NCBI GenBank assembly: GCA_963668695.2
Contig: CAXXLQ010000004.1
Coordinates: 512,001 to 576,000, forward strand
DNA from: Vicinamibacteria bacterium
Lineage (GTDB): Bacteria > Acidobacteriota > Vicinamibacteria > Marinacidobacterales > Marinacidobacteraceae
Reading direction: 5' to 3'
Length of the DNA: 64,000 nt
Shown here: positions 9,050-18,957 of the stretch, in pieces
Numbering within the stretch: position 1 is the first letter of the stretch
How the letters are laid out: every line of letters starts with the position of its first letter
Program-made: the position numbers and the translations under genes
The notes under the pieces: generated by a model
Databases searched by the model: none
The model's input: the letters and a program-made list of their open reading frames with translations, nothing else
What the model was told of the DNA's origin: nothing

Positions 9050-10360
9050 TCAGGAGACCCGGATCGACGACAGCATTTCGACGTTGTTCTTCGTTCGTTC
9101 CATCCGGCCGAGCAGCAGGGACATGGCCTCCATCGGCTTCAGGCCGGCGAGCGCGCGGCGAAGCAGGTGGGTCTTCGGCAGTTCTTCCGGGGAAAGAAGG
9201 AGCTCTTCGCGCCGGGTTCCTGACTGGTGAAGGTCAATGGCCGGAAAGATCCGCGACTCCGCCAGCTTGCGGTCCAGGACGAGTTCCATGTTGCCGGTGC
9301 CCTTGAACTCCTGGAAGATGACCTCGTCCATCTGGCTTCCGGTGTCCACGAGCGCCGTTCCGAGGATGGTCAGGCTGCCGCCGTCTTCGATCTTGCGCGC
9401 CGCTCCGAAGAACTGGCGCGGGAACTCGAGCGCCCGGGAGTCGATGCCGCCGCTCATGGTGCGGCCCTTCCCGCGCATTTCCCGGTTCGCGGCCCGGCCC
9501 AAACGGGTAATCGAATCGAGGAGGATGACCACGTCTTCCTTCATCTCGACGAGACGGCGCGCCTGCTCCAGCACGATCCGGGCGACCCGGACATGGTCCG
9601 CACTGCCGCTGTCCGCGGTCGAGGCAACGACCTGGGCCTTCGGGACCGAACGCCGCATGTGCGTCACTTCTTCGGGGCGCTCGTCGATGAGCAGGATGAT
9701 GAGGTGGATTCCCGGATAGTGCTGCGAGATGGAAAACCCGATCTGTTCGAGCAGGATCGTCTTGCCGGTCCTGGGGGAGGCGACGATGAGGCCGCGCTGG
9801 CCTCGTCCGACCGGAGCGATCAGATCCACCACCCGTAGAGACAGCACAGCGGGCTCGGTGCGCGCGAGCTCGATGCGGGGAGCCGGATGTTCGCTGATCA
9901 GATCGGCGTAGTTTCGCCGGGGCGGCAGCGCGTCGACCGGGTACCCGTTGACCTCGAGAACGGTGTGGAGTTCCGCGCGCGGCGGCCCGCCGCGCCGACG
10001 GCCCCGTCGCGGCGGGCCGTGGTAGCCGAGGATCATGTGCCCCTCGCGGAGCTTGTGGCGATCGATCAGACCGAACGGAACCCGAACGTCCGAAGCCCGC
10101 GGTAGGAAGTTGTTGGCGAGGAGCCGCAGGTGGCCGCTATCGCGAGGTCCGATGTCCAGCAGGCCGGTGATCTCGACGCGGGGGATTTCGGGTTCCTTGA
10201 CTTGTGGTTCGGGTTCCTGCTCGCCAGCCTGGGATATCGGTTCCGTCACCGCGAAATCCTCGTTCGCGGCGGGGACGGGCAAGTCGGGCATGGTCGTTTC
10301 CTGAGGGGTGTGGGGCGTCTTCGGCCTGGAGGAGGTCTTTAGGTTGGGTGTGGTCTGCAT
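9050..10360 (-). CDS. rho: Transcription termination factor Rho with a divergent RNA-binding domain
   Basis: GRGQRGLIVASPRTGKT, LLIDERPEEVT, LDSITRL and EFKGTGNMEL. Start may be 10291. Confidence 0.93.
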   Translation of the reverse strand: MQTTPNLKTSSRPKTPHTPQETTMPDLPVPAANEDFAVTEPISQAGEQEPEPQVKEPEIPRVEITGLLDIGPRDSGHLRLLANNFLPRASDVRVPFGLIDRHKLREGHMILGYHGPPRRGRRRGGPPRAELHTVLEVNGYPVDALPPRRNYADLISEHPAPRIELARTEPAVLSLRVVDLIAPVGRGQRGLIVASPRTGKTILLEQIGFSISQHYPGIHLIILLIDERPEEVTHMRRSVPKAQVVASTADSGSADHVRVARIVLEQARRLVEMKEDVVILLDSITRLGRAANREMRGKGRTMSGGIDSRALEFPRQFFGAARKIEDGGSLTILGTALVDTGSQMDEVIFQEFKGTGNMELVLDRKLAESRIFPAIDLHQSGTRREELLLSPEELPKTHLLRRALAGLKPMEAMSLLLGRMERTKNNVEMLSSIRVS

Positions 10361-10731
10361 GGACGGCGCCGCCGGGTGCGGAACCGGAAGAGGCAGGGCT
10401 CATAGGCAGGGCTCGATAATTCGAGGGCTCCGGGAAAGCGAACGGCGCTGGCACTGGCGAGGGTCGCCGGACAGCAAGCCTCACAGGCGAGATCGGGTCA
10501 GCGCGCCCGCAGGCACACGGAACCAAGTCTGCCGATCCGCGGATCGGAGTCCTCTGGAACGTCGATCGTTCTAGCGGGGAGAACCCTCCGTCGCTAAAGA
10601 CCGGGTCACTCTGGGTGGGGAACGCACCGGCAATGAAGCCGCGTCATCCCCCAGCGAATCCGAGAAGCAATTCTAGCACGCAAGCGGTCTTTTGCCGACA
10701 GGAATCCGGGTGGCCCGAACGCGGCGCGCGG

Positions 10732-11082
10732 TTACCGGGCCGCGATGGAGTGGACGGTCACCATGGTCTTGTCCTCGCTGAGGACGCCCGTAACCACGAC
10801 ATCGGTCCCGGCGAACTCCTCCACCTTCTGCTGGTCGTCCACTGCGTACACGGCATCGTCCGCCGGCACGTAGAGCTGGAGCGCCGCCCCCATCTCCACG
10901 CACGCGATCGCGCACTCCGGATGGGTCATCCCGTCCATCATGTGCTCCTTGCCGCACATCTCGTCGGTGACGTGGGCCTCCCACGTCTGCTCCTGCATGG
11001 CGCCCGCGAAAACGAAGGCGGACGTCGCCAGGACGAGGGCCACCAAAACGGAAATGGATGCAAGGGTTCGAATCAGGCGCAT
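10732..11082 (-). CDS. Small exported Cys/His/Met-motif protein, putatively metal-binding
   Basis: Signal peptide followed by DEMCGKEHMMDGMTHPECAIACVEMG and a beta-rich C-terminus. Confidence 0.75.
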   Translation of the reverse strand: MRLIRTLASISVLVALVLATSAFVFAGAMQEQTWEAHVTDEMCGKEHMMDGMTHPECAIACVEMGAALQLYVPADDAVYAVDDQQKVEEFAGTDVVVTGVLSEDKTMVTVHSIAAR

Positions 11083-11138
11083 GATGCCCTCCCGCCGGCA
11101 ATCGTGCCGACTCTCATCCGGGATTGTGGCGCAGTCTG

Positions 11139-11351
11139 GCAGTCTGTGGATAACGTGACGTGAGCGCCGAGAGCGCCAGTTCTCCCGGTGAGGGCGAGGC
11201 GCCCGGCTGACAAGGCGCGCGAGGGAGGAGCCCCCACCGGGAGAACTGGCCCGAGCGTACTTCGACCGAAGCGCAACGCCGGGCGACGCCCGGAGCGTTC
11301 AGCCGGGATGCATCGCCGCTCGAACGCCGCGTGACGCTGTCTACAGGCTGC
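11139..11351 (+). mobile_element. MITE family A copy with two 20-bp modules
   Basis: GCAGTCTGTGG...CTACAGGCTGC ends and conserved core; lies just upstream of hisS. Confidence 0.8.
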
Positions 11352-11398
11352 TCGGGCCGGCCGACCACCCGCTTGGGTCAGTATGCTCCGCGCCGCCC

Positions 11399-12760
11399 AT
11401 GGGGAAAGCGCTAACCAAGCCGGTCAGCGGCATGCGGGACCACCTGCCTGCTCAAGCCCTGAAGCGCCAGGAAGCATTTCGCCGGGTCGAGAGCGCGTTC
11501 GCAGCGCATGGATTCGTCCCCCTCGAGACACCGGCGATGGAGCGGCTCTCCACCCTGCTCGGGAAGTACGGCGAAGAGGGCGATCAACTCATCTATCGCG
11601 TGCTCCACCGGGGCGAGAGGCTGTCCCGGGCGCTCGGCCGGGAGCGGGTGGAGGCGGCGGATCTCTCCGAACTTGGACTGCGCTACGACCTCACCGTGCC
11701 GCTCGCCCGGGTCACCGCCGAGTACCGCGCCGACCTGCCGGTGGTATTCCGCCGCTATCAGATTCAAGCGGTGTGGCGCGCGGACCGCGCTCAACGCGGG
11801 CGTTTCCGTGAATTCACCCAATGTGACGCCGACATCGTGGGGAGCAGTTCCCTCGTCGCCGACGCGGAGGCGCTTTTGGTGTTGCACGCGGCGCTGTCCG
11901 CCCTCGGTTTTTCGGATTTCACGATCCTGTTGAACCACCGGGAGCTCCTCCGGGCACTGATCGCGGCAAGCGGAATCTCCGCGCACTGTGAACAGAAAAC
12001 GCTGGTCGTACTCGACAAGATCGGCAAGATCGGCCGCGACGCGGTCAAAAACGAACTCGGCGGCCTCCCGGAAGTGGGACCCGACCGGGCGCGGCGACTC
12101 CTGGATTTCGTGCCGGGCGACGCCGAAGACCGGGAGGGCGATCTCGAGAGGCTTCGTCGTCTCGGCCAGGCACTGCCCGCCGGGCCGGGCCAAAACGCCG
12201 CCGCGGATCTCGTCGCGCTGCTCGATGCACTCGACGGAGCCCTGGGAGAAGCCGCTCCGGTCCGGTTCTCACCGAGCCTCGCCCGCGGCCTGAGCTACTA
12301 CACGGGGCCCATTTTCGAGGTGGTCGCAGCGGGAGGCGCGGGTTCGCTCGCGGGGGGAGGCCGCTACGACGGACTCGTGGGGATGTTCAGCGGAAGGGAG
12401 ACCCCGGCGGTGGGGTTTTCTTTGGGAATGGAGCGCATCCTGATGCTGCTCGAGGAAGGCGGGGCCTTTTCCGCGGAAGGCGCGGCGCCGCAGGCCATGC
12501 TCTGCCCACTCCCGGGAATCGCCGTCCGCGACACCCTGCGGATAGCTCGAACCCTGCGTGCCGCCGGATTGCGGCTCGACGTTCAGGTGGATTCGCTGAA
12601 AATCGGAAAGCAGCTCGGGCGCGCGGTGGCTGCCGGCGTCCCCTTCGCGCTGATCCTCGGTCCGGACGAACTCGCGGACGGCCGCTGCACGGTGCGGAAC
12701 CTCGGTTCCGGTGAACAGCGCACGGTCCCCCTCGCGGAAGTTCCGAAGCATCTGGACTAG
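11399..12760 (+). CDS. hisS: Histidine--tRNA ligase
   Basis: LRYDLTVP, GRFREFTQCDADIVG, LARGLSYYTG and GGGRYDGL. Confidence 0.97.
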   Translation: MGKALTKPVSGMRDHLPAQALKRQEAFRRVESAFAAHGFVPLETPAMERLSTLLGKYGEEGDQLIYRVLHRGERLSRALGRERVEAADLSELGLRYDLTVPLARVTAEYRADLPVVFRRYQIQAVWRADRAQRGRFREFTQCDADIVGSSSLVADAEALLVLHAALSALGFSDFTILLNHRELLRALIAASGISAHCEQKTLVVLDKIGKIGRDAVKNELGGLPEVGPDRARRLLDFVPGDAEDREGDLERLRRLGQALPAGPGQNAAADLVALLDALDGALGEAAPVRFSPSLARGLSYYTGPIFEVVAAGGAGSLAGGGRYDGLVGMFSGRETPAVGFSLGMERILMLLEEGGAFSAEGAAPQAMLCPLPGIAVRDTLRIARTLRAAGLRLDVQVDSLKIGKQLGRAVAAGVPFALILGPDELADGRCTVRNLGSGEQRTVPLAEVPKHLD

Positions 12761-12811
12761 GAACGCCGGCCTTCAGGCCGGCATCGCCGCCCGTAGGGGG
12801 GCGAAACTCCC
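12760..12811 (+). repeat. REP-like family B
   Basis: GGAACGCCGGCCTTCAGGCCGGCATCG...GCGAAACTCCC directly after the hisS stop. Confidence 0.7.
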
Positions 12812-12861
12812 GTCGCCGCGCCCCGCGTGATCTGTCGCCATCCAGCGCGTCCTAAAACCCT

Positions 12862-13158
12862 TCAGCGCACCGGCGTCAACAGGACCCGGCTGCGATCGCG
12901 TATCCGCGGGTTCAGGGGATCGGGATTCCCGGCGCGCGGATCGGGGATCTTCTCGGCCCGAAAGCGCCTGCCGGACGCGAAGAGTCCCGGGTCCCGGATC
13001 GGGGGTAGCGGCCGCGATGGATCCCTGACGTAAAGACCGTCCTCCGTTTCGCGCATCGCTCCGACGAACAGGATTTCCCGCCACTTCCGCCCCGGAAGGT
13101 GGAAGGCCCCCTGATCGCCCACCGGTTTCAGGTCGTGGAAGGGGCCGGGGTCAGGCAT
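12862..13158 (-). CDS. Hypothetical protein (98 aa)
   Basis: Fills the gap between repeats with an ATG start and protein-like composition; no recognised motif. Confidence 0.4.
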   Translation of the reverse strand: MPDPGPFHDLKPVGDQGAFHLPGRKWREILFVGAMRETEDGLYVRDPSRPLPPIRDPGLFASGRRFRAEKIPDPRAGNPDPLNPRIRDRSRVLLTPVR

Positions 13159-13183
13159 TCGAGAAGGGAACGAGATGTCGTCC

Positions 13184-13358
13184 TAGGAGTCTGTCCCGGT
13201 AATGTTGTGAGCACCGAGACGGTCGAGGCGCCCGGCTGACAAGGCGCGCGAGGGAGGAAGAGCAGCGTTCTTTCGACCGACGCGCAACGCAGAGCGAAGC
13301 GGTTCAGCCGGGATGCATCGGCCGTCGAATGCCACGAGATTATCGGGAGAGGCTCCTA
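13184..13358 (+). mobile_element. MITE family A variant with different terminal inverted repeats
   Basis: TAGGAGTCTGTCCCGGTAAT...ATTATCGGGAGAGGCTCCTA ends enclose the family-A core. Confidence 0.75.
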
Positions 13359-13374
13359 CGATAGGCACGATCCC

Positions 13375-14103
13375 ATGGCGCAGGTACATGTCGTTCTCGT
13401 CCGGCCCCGCCGGCCGGAGAACATCGGCGCGGTGGCCCGGGTGGTCGCGAACACCGGGCTCGCCGGGTTGCGCCTGGTCCAACCCGGAGACTGGCGCACC
13501 GTCGAAGCGTTCCGGATGGCCTGGCAGGCGGAAGAAGTGCTCGAGGACGCGGCGGTATTCCCGACCCTGGCCGAAGCCGTCGGCGGTTGCCGGCTGGTGG
13601 CCGGACTCAGCGGCCGCGGCCGGGAGGTGATTCAGCATCTGACCCCGCGGGAACTCGCGGGCGAAATCGGCGGGATCGAGGCCGCCGGTGAGGTAGCGGT
13701 CGTCTTCGGGAACGAATCGAGCGGCCTCACGCTCGAAGAACGAAAGCTCTGCCAGCGGCAGGTCCGGATTCCCGCTTCACCTCGCCAGCCCTCGCTGAAC
13801 CTGGCCCAGGCGGTGATGATCGCGGCTTACGAGATCTTCGTGGCGAACGGCCCTCCGCCCGAGGACCCCATCCGCAGGGCCACGGCGGAAGAGGCCGAGC
13901 GCGCGCTCCTCACCCTGCGCGATGCGATGCTGTCGGTCGGCTTCCTCCCCCCCGAGAAACCGGAATCGCGCTTCGCCGAGTGGCGGGAACTCTTCGGACG
14001 CGCCGGACTCACCGAACGCGAGACACGCATGCTGATGGCCTTCACCCGGCGGGTGAAGGACGCTGGGACGAGGGCAGGAAAGCCACCGGCCCGGAGCGGC
14101 TAA
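13375..14103 (+). CDS. trmJ: TrmJ/LasT family tRNA/rRNA methyltransferase (SPOUT)
   Basis: VVLVRP..PENIGAVAR, VFGNESSGL and SLNLAQAV. Confidence 0.88.
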   Translation: MAQVHVVLVRPRRPENIGAVARVVANTGLAGLRLVQPGDWRTVEAFRMAWQAEEVLEDAAVFPTLAEAVGGCRLVAGLSGRGREVIQHLTPRELAGEIGGIEAAGEVAVVFGNESSGLTLEERKLCQRQVRIPASPRQPSLNLAQAVMIAAYEIFVANGPPPEDPIRRATAEEAERALLTLRDAMLSVGFLPPEKPESRFAEWRELFGRAGLTERETRMLMAFTRRVKDAGTRAGKPPARSG

Positions 14104-14219
14104 GGAACGCCGGCTATCGGACCGGCATCGTTACCCGCGAGGCAGCAGAACGGCAAAACGCCGATCCGACCCGGCGCCCAGCCACCGCGCGGGTCTTGTC
14201 CATAGTCCCCTACCCTGTG

Positions 14220-14885
14220 TCAGAGGTTCTCCCGGAACAGGCGGATCACGCGGTCCCACGCATCCGCGGACGCCTCCGCGTCGTAGGCCGGACGTCGGTC
14301 ATTGAAGAACGCGTGGTCGGTTCCCGCATAGGTGTGGAACTCATGAGCTACCCCCGCCCCTGCGAGGGAAGCCGCCAGGTTGTTCACTGCCTCGGCGCTG
14401 ACGAAGCCATCGTTCTCGGCGAAGAGTCCGAGGACCGGGCAGCGGATCGCTTCGTAGTCGGGGTGGACGTTCGGGTGGACGCCGTAGAAGTCGACGCACG
14501 CCCCGATGCGCGGAGATTTGCTGGCGGCGTAGAGCGCGAGCTGGCCGCCCATACAGAAGCCGACGACTCCGACCGAATCTCCGGAAGCGACGGTCGCCAG
14601 GTGGTCGGCGGCGCCCCGCAGGTCCTGCTCCGCCCGGTCCACTGCGAGCGCCATCAACAGCTTGCCGGCCGCATCCGGCGAAGTCGTCTGTTCGCCGTGG
14701 AAGAGATCGGGAGCGAGCGCAGTGAATCCGGCCTCCGCGAAGCGGTCCGCTACCTCCTTGATGTGTCCCACCAACCCCCACCACTCCTGGATCACCAGGA
14801 CGCCGGGCCCCGGTTGATCCGGCACCGCCAGGTAGCCGTCCGCGGCGCCGCCGTTCGCCGCAAAGGAAACCATTTCACTGGGCAT
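14220..14885 (-). CDS. Dienelactone hydrolase family protein
   Basis: QEWWGL, GFCMGG and HAF motifs. Confidence 0.92.
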   Translation of the reverse strand: MPSEMVSFAANGGAADGYLAVPDQPGPGVLVIQEWWGLVGHIKEVADRFAEAGFTALAPDLFHGEQTTSPDAAGKLLMALAVDRAEQDLRGAADHLATVASGDSVGVVGFCMGGQLALYAASKSPRIGACVDFYGVHPNVHPDYEAIRCPVLGLFAENDGFVSAEAVNNLAASLAGAGVAHEFHTYAGTDHAFFNDRRPAYDAEASADAWDRVIRLFRENL

Positions 14886-15016
14886 TGCGACCCTCCTCGG
14901 AGGCGGCGATGCTACCAGCGGAGTCCCGCGGGATAGCGGAATTTCCTTCCGGAAAGCGCCCTTCCTTTGTTATCGTCGGCCGGTTGCTCCCGGCAGGAGC
15001 GAAAGGAAGGACGCCG

Positions 15017-16717
15017 ATGAGCCCACTGGTGGCGACCCTCATTTGTTTCGGGCTCTATTTCGTCGGCTACCGCTTCTACGGCCGGTACATTGGACGGCGC
15101 GCCTTTGGGCTGGACGATTCCCGCCCCACTCCGGCGCACGAATTCGAGGACGGACGCGACTACGTCCCGACCCGCAGGGCGGTCCTGTTCGGCCACCACT
15201 ACGCTTCGATCGCCGGCTTGGCTCCCATGCTGGGACCGGCGATCGCGGTGATCTGGGGCTGGGTCCCGGCGATGATCTGGGTGGTGCTCGGCACCCTGCT
15301 GGTCGGCGCGGTGCACGACTTTTCCGCGCTCTGCATCAGCATCCGCGCAAAGGGGAAATCCATCGGCCGGATCGCCGAGGACATCATCGGCCGCCGCGCC
15401 AAGTACCTCTTCCACGCCCTGATCGTCTTCCTCATCGGGCTTGCGATGGGGGTCTTCGTCCAGGTCGTCGCGCAGCTCTTCTCGAGCGTCTTCTATCCCC
15501 AGGCCGTGACGCCGAGCACCGCGGTGATGGTGCTCGCGATCGCCATCGGGTATCTCTCCTACCGGAAGGGCGTGCCGCTCAGGTACCTCGTGCCGGTGGG
15601 CGCCGCGCTCCTGTTCGGGAGCATCTGGCTCGGCATGGTGCTTCCGGCCCCGGATCTGTCGACCACCACCTGGAGCTTCGTGCTGCTGGCCTACGCCTTC
15701 TGCGCCTCGGTGCTTCCGGTGTGGCTGCTGCTGCAACCCCGGGATTTCCTGAACTCGATCCTGCTCTATCTCGGGCTCATCGGGATCTTCGTTTCCTTCG
15801 TCATCCTCAACCCCGAGTTCGCGGCCCCCGCCTACAACCCCGCACCCGCCGGCGCGCCACCCATCTACCCCTTCGTTTTCATCGTGATCGCCTGCGGCGC
15901 GGTCTCGGGGTTCCACGCCCTCGTGTCGTCGGGCACGACGGCGAAACAGCTCGACAAGGAGAGCGACGCCCCGTTCATCGGTTACGGGGGCATGATCGGC
16001 GAGAGCCTGCTCGGACTCTCCGCGGTGCTCGCCACCACGGCCGGCTTCGCGAGCAGAGAGGAGTGGCAGCAGCACTTCTCGAGCTGGAACTCGGCGAACG
16101 GCCTGGCCGAGAAACTGGACGCCTACATCACCGGCGCCGCCAACTTCCTCACCACCCTCGGGATTCCAGTGGAGGCCGGGAAAGCGTTCATGGCGCTGGT
16201 GGCCGTTTCCTTCGCTCTCACCACGCTCGACTCGGCGACCCGCATCCTCCGCTACAACATCGAGGAGATCTCGGAAAGCATCAAGGTGCCGTTCATCGGG
16301 AACCGCCACGTGGCCTCGTTGATCGCCGTCGTGATCATCGGCTTCTTCGCGCTGATGAAGGTTCCGGGCGGCCCCGACGGGGCCATGATGCCCGCGGGCA
16401 CGGCGCTTTGGGCCCTCTTCGGCACCACAAACCAGATCATGGCGGGCCTCACCCTCCTGTCGGTGACCCTCTACCTCTACTTCCGCAAGAAGCCGTTCGC
16501 CTTTGCGCTCATCCCGATGGTGTTCATGGTGGTGACCACGATCGCCGCCATGCTCTACAACATTCGGGAATACGCCGCTTCCGGGAACGTGCTCCTGCTG
16601 GTGGTGGGCGGGGCGATCATGGCGCTCGCGATCGCACTCGTCGTCGAGGGCATCCTCCGGGTCACGAAGGGCAGAGAAGCCGCGGTGGAGGGGATTCGCC
16701 GCGCCTTCGGGGACTGA
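15017..16717 (+). CDS. cstA: Carbon starvation protein A family transporter
   Basis: TPAH..DGRDYVPT, FGHHYASIAG, LLQPRD and IACGAVSGFH; SD AGGAAGG before ATG 15017. Confidence 0.93.
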   Translation: MSPLVATLICFGLYFVGYRFYGRYIGRRAFGLDDSRPTPAHEFEDGRDYVPTRRAVLFGHHYASIAGLAPMLGPAIAVIWGWVPAMIWVVLGTLLVGAVHDFSALCISIRAKGKSIGRIAEDIIGRRAKYLFHALIVFLIGLAMGVFVQVVAQLFSSVFYPQAVTPSTAVMVLAIAIGYLSYRKGVPLRYLVPVGAALLFGSIWLGMVLPAPDLSTTTWSFVLLAYAFCASVLPVWLLLQPRDFLNSILLYLGLIGIFVSFVILNPEFAAPAYNPAPAGAPPIYPFVFIVIACGAVSGFHALVSSGTTAKQLDKESDAPFIGYGGMIGESLLGLSAVLATTAGFASREEWQQHFSSWNSANGLAEKLDAYITGAANFLTTLGIPVEAGKAFMALVAVSFALTTLDSATRILRYNIEEISESIKVPFIGNRHVASLIAVVIIGFFALMKVPGGPDGAMMPAGTALWALFGTTNQIMAGLTLLSVTLYLYFRKKPFAFALIPMVFMVVTTIAAMLYNIREYAASGNVLLLVVGGAIMALAIALVVEGILRVTKGREAAVEGIRRAFGD

Positions 16718-16940
16718 GCCGGAACCCGCACCTCCCACCGAGGACGGGCAGCGCCGAGCGCCCTCGCTTCGCACAACCCGGCGCAAAGGCAGATAGGATC
16801 GCCAGATCCTCAAAGGGGATCCGCGGTTCAGTATCACGGCCCTGGCGGCGCCTGAGTTCGTGGTCAAGGACGGCAAGGTGTACCGGCGCGACTGGCAGAC
16901 CCGGAACAAAGTCACTCGGCGTGGTCCGAAGGAGACAACC

Positions 16941-18797
16941 ATGAACACTCTCGGTTTCCGATCCGGGATCGCACCCGGACGCAAGATTGCGCCCGCGCTG
17001 GCAGTTGTGGTGGGCCTCGCCGCACCTTCCTTCGCCCAGGAGAGCGCCCACCCGATCCGGGTCGGGGAGATGCGGAGCCAGGACCGCCCGGTGGTGCCCG
17101 GAGTCCACGGTCTCGTAACCGCGGGGCATCCGCTCGCGGCCATGGCGGGCATCCAGACCCTCATGAAGGGCGGGAACGCGATCGATGCCTCGGTCGCGGT
17201 ATTGGCCGTCCTGAACGTCGTCCGGCCGCAGATGGCCGGGGCCGCGGGCAACGGTTTCCTGACCTATTTCGACAAGGCGTCGGGAACGGTCCACTCCCTG
17301 AGCGCCACCGGGGCGGCCCCGAAGGCGCTTCGCGCCGAGGATCTGACCCCCGACCAGTTGAACAAGGGCATCAACGCCGGGGTGGTTCCGGGACTCTTCG
17401 GCGGCTGGATCTCGATGCTCGACCTCCACGGGACCATGAGCCTCGAAGAGGTGCTCGCGCCGGCGATCGACTACGCCAAGAACGGACATCCCATCGAGGA
17501 GTCGGTGTCACGGGCGATCGCGGCCTCGCGGGAGGCTTTCGAGCGCTTCCCGACGAGCGTCCGGATGTTCATGCCCGAGGGCCGTCCGCCCGAAACCGGC
17601 GAGCTTTACAAGATGCCCGATCTTGCCCGGACGCTCGAAAAGCTGGTCGAAGCGGAACAGGCGGCCCGGCGCGCGGGCAAGAGCCGTTCGGAGGCTCTGG
17701 GCGCCGCTTTCGATCGCTTCTACCGCGGAGACATCGCGGAGGAGATGGCCCGTTTCTACGAGGAAAACGACGGACCGTTCACGCTCGAAGACTTTGCTGC
17801 CTACGAGCCGATGTGGAAGGAGCCCCTCCACACCAACTACCGGGGCTACGACGTGTATTCCAGCCCGCCCACCTCCCGCGGCGGGCTCGAAGTGCTGATG
17901 CAGCTCAACCTGATCGAGGGCTTCGACCTCGCGGAACTCGGCCAGAATTCGCCGGAGGCGCTCCATCTGGTGATCGAGGCGATCAAGGTGGCCAAGTCGG
18001 ACATCTACCGCTACGTGGCGGACCAGGCGAAGTTCGAGGTGCCGCTGGAAGGGCTCCTCTCGAAGGGCTACGCCGAAAAGCGCCGGGCGCTCATGAACGA
18101 GCGCACCGCTATCGCCTACCCAGCCGGCGGCGTCCCACCGGGCGCGACCGCAACCGATGCCCCGCCGGGCGTCCTCTCCGCGGCCGATCCCGCCGGGAGC
18201 CGGTCCACCGCGGGCAGCACCACCAGCTTCTCCGTGGTTGACGGGGCCGGCAACGCGGTGGCGTGCACCCCGACGCACGGCGGCATGTTCGGCACCGCGG
18301 TGGTGGTCGGCAATACCGGCCTCACCTTCAACAACGGAACCCGCATCGGCTCGACGGCTCCGCATCCGGACCATCCGAACTACGCCCGCGGCGGGCAGAT
18401 TCCGATCCTGAACAACTCGCCGATCATCGTCCTCAAGGACGGCGAGCTCATGCTCGCGCTGGGGACGCCCGGGGGCGAGACCATCGGCCAGACTCAGTTC
18501 CAGGTGCTGCTGAACATCCTCGACTTCGGCCTGAAAATCCAGGAGGCGGTGGCAGCGCCCCGGCTCAGCCTCATCGCCGATCCCAACTTCTACACGCCGG
18601 GCTCCGACATCCTGGTGCGGGTGGAGAACCGCGTGATGCCGGGAGTGGTCGAGGCACTCATGGGGATGGGCCACCGGGCCGAACTCACCGGTGGTCATGC
18701 CCTCGGCAGCAACAACGGCATCCTCATCGATCTCGCGACGGGCACCATGACGGCGGGCGCCGACCCCCGCCGCGCCGCCTACGCCATCGGCTACTGA
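16941..18797 (+). CDS. ggt: Gamma-glutamyltransferase family protein, exported
   Basis: GGNAIDA, autoprocessing GSTTSFSVVD, GTPGG and GADPRR; SD AAGGAG. Confidence 0.9.
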   Translation: MNTLGFRSGIAPGRKIAPALAVVVGLAAPSFAQESAHPIRVGEMRSQDRPVVPGVHGLVTAGHPLAAMAGIQTLMKGGNAIDASVAVLAVLNVVRPQMAGAAGNGFLTYFDKASGTVHSLSATGAAPKALRAEDLTPDQLNKGINAGVVPGLFGGWISMLDLHGTMSLEEVLAPAIDYAKNGHPIEESVSRAIAASREAFERFPTSVRMFMPEGRPPETGELYKMPDLARTLEKLVEAEQAARRAGKSRSEALGAAFDRFYRGDIAEEMARFYEENDGPFTLEDFAAYEPMWKEPLHTNYRGYDVYSSPPTSRGGLEVLMQLNLIEGFDLAELGQNSPEALHLVIEAIKVAKSDIYRYVADQAKFEVPLEGLLSKGYAEKRRALMNERTAIAYPAGGVPPGATATDAPPGVLSAADPAGSRSTAGSTTSFSVVDGAGNAVACTPTHGGMFGTAVVVGNTGLTFNNGTRIGSTAPHPDHPNYARGGQIPILNNSPIIVLKDGELMLALGTPGGETIGQTQFQVLLNILDFGLKIQEAVAAPRLSLIADPNFYTPGSDILVRVENRVMPGVVEALMGMGHRAELTGGHALGSNNGILIDLATGTMTAGADPRRAAYAIGY

Positions 18798-18809
18798 TGA
18801 CACACGCCC

Positions 18810-18939
18810 GGGACCGTTCGCCAGTCCTCCCCGTGGGAGCCTTCAGACCCGCATAGCCCCCGGAGGGCCAGGAACGCCGGCCAGCTCTCCCGGTGGGGGC
18901 CTTCAGACCGGCATCGCTCCCTGGAGGGGAGCGAAACTC
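18810..18939 (+). repeat. Two REP-like family B copies, each with a variant 20-bp module
   Basis: Modules at 18821-18840 and 18881-18900, each followed by CTTCAGACC(C/G)GCA. Confidence 0.7.
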
Positions 18940-18957
18940 ACACCGCCACACCAGCTC

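Noticed and set aside
10400-10620. Known riboswitch in the rho leader
   Set aside because: I could not match the SAM, cobalamin, ZTP, ykkC, M-box or c-di-GMP consensus by eye.
14912-17251. Long overlapping ORFs (779 aa here; also 49851-51902, 47937-49733, 4263-5870)
   Set aside because: They are antisense or alternate-frame shadows of well-supported genes in high-GC DNA.
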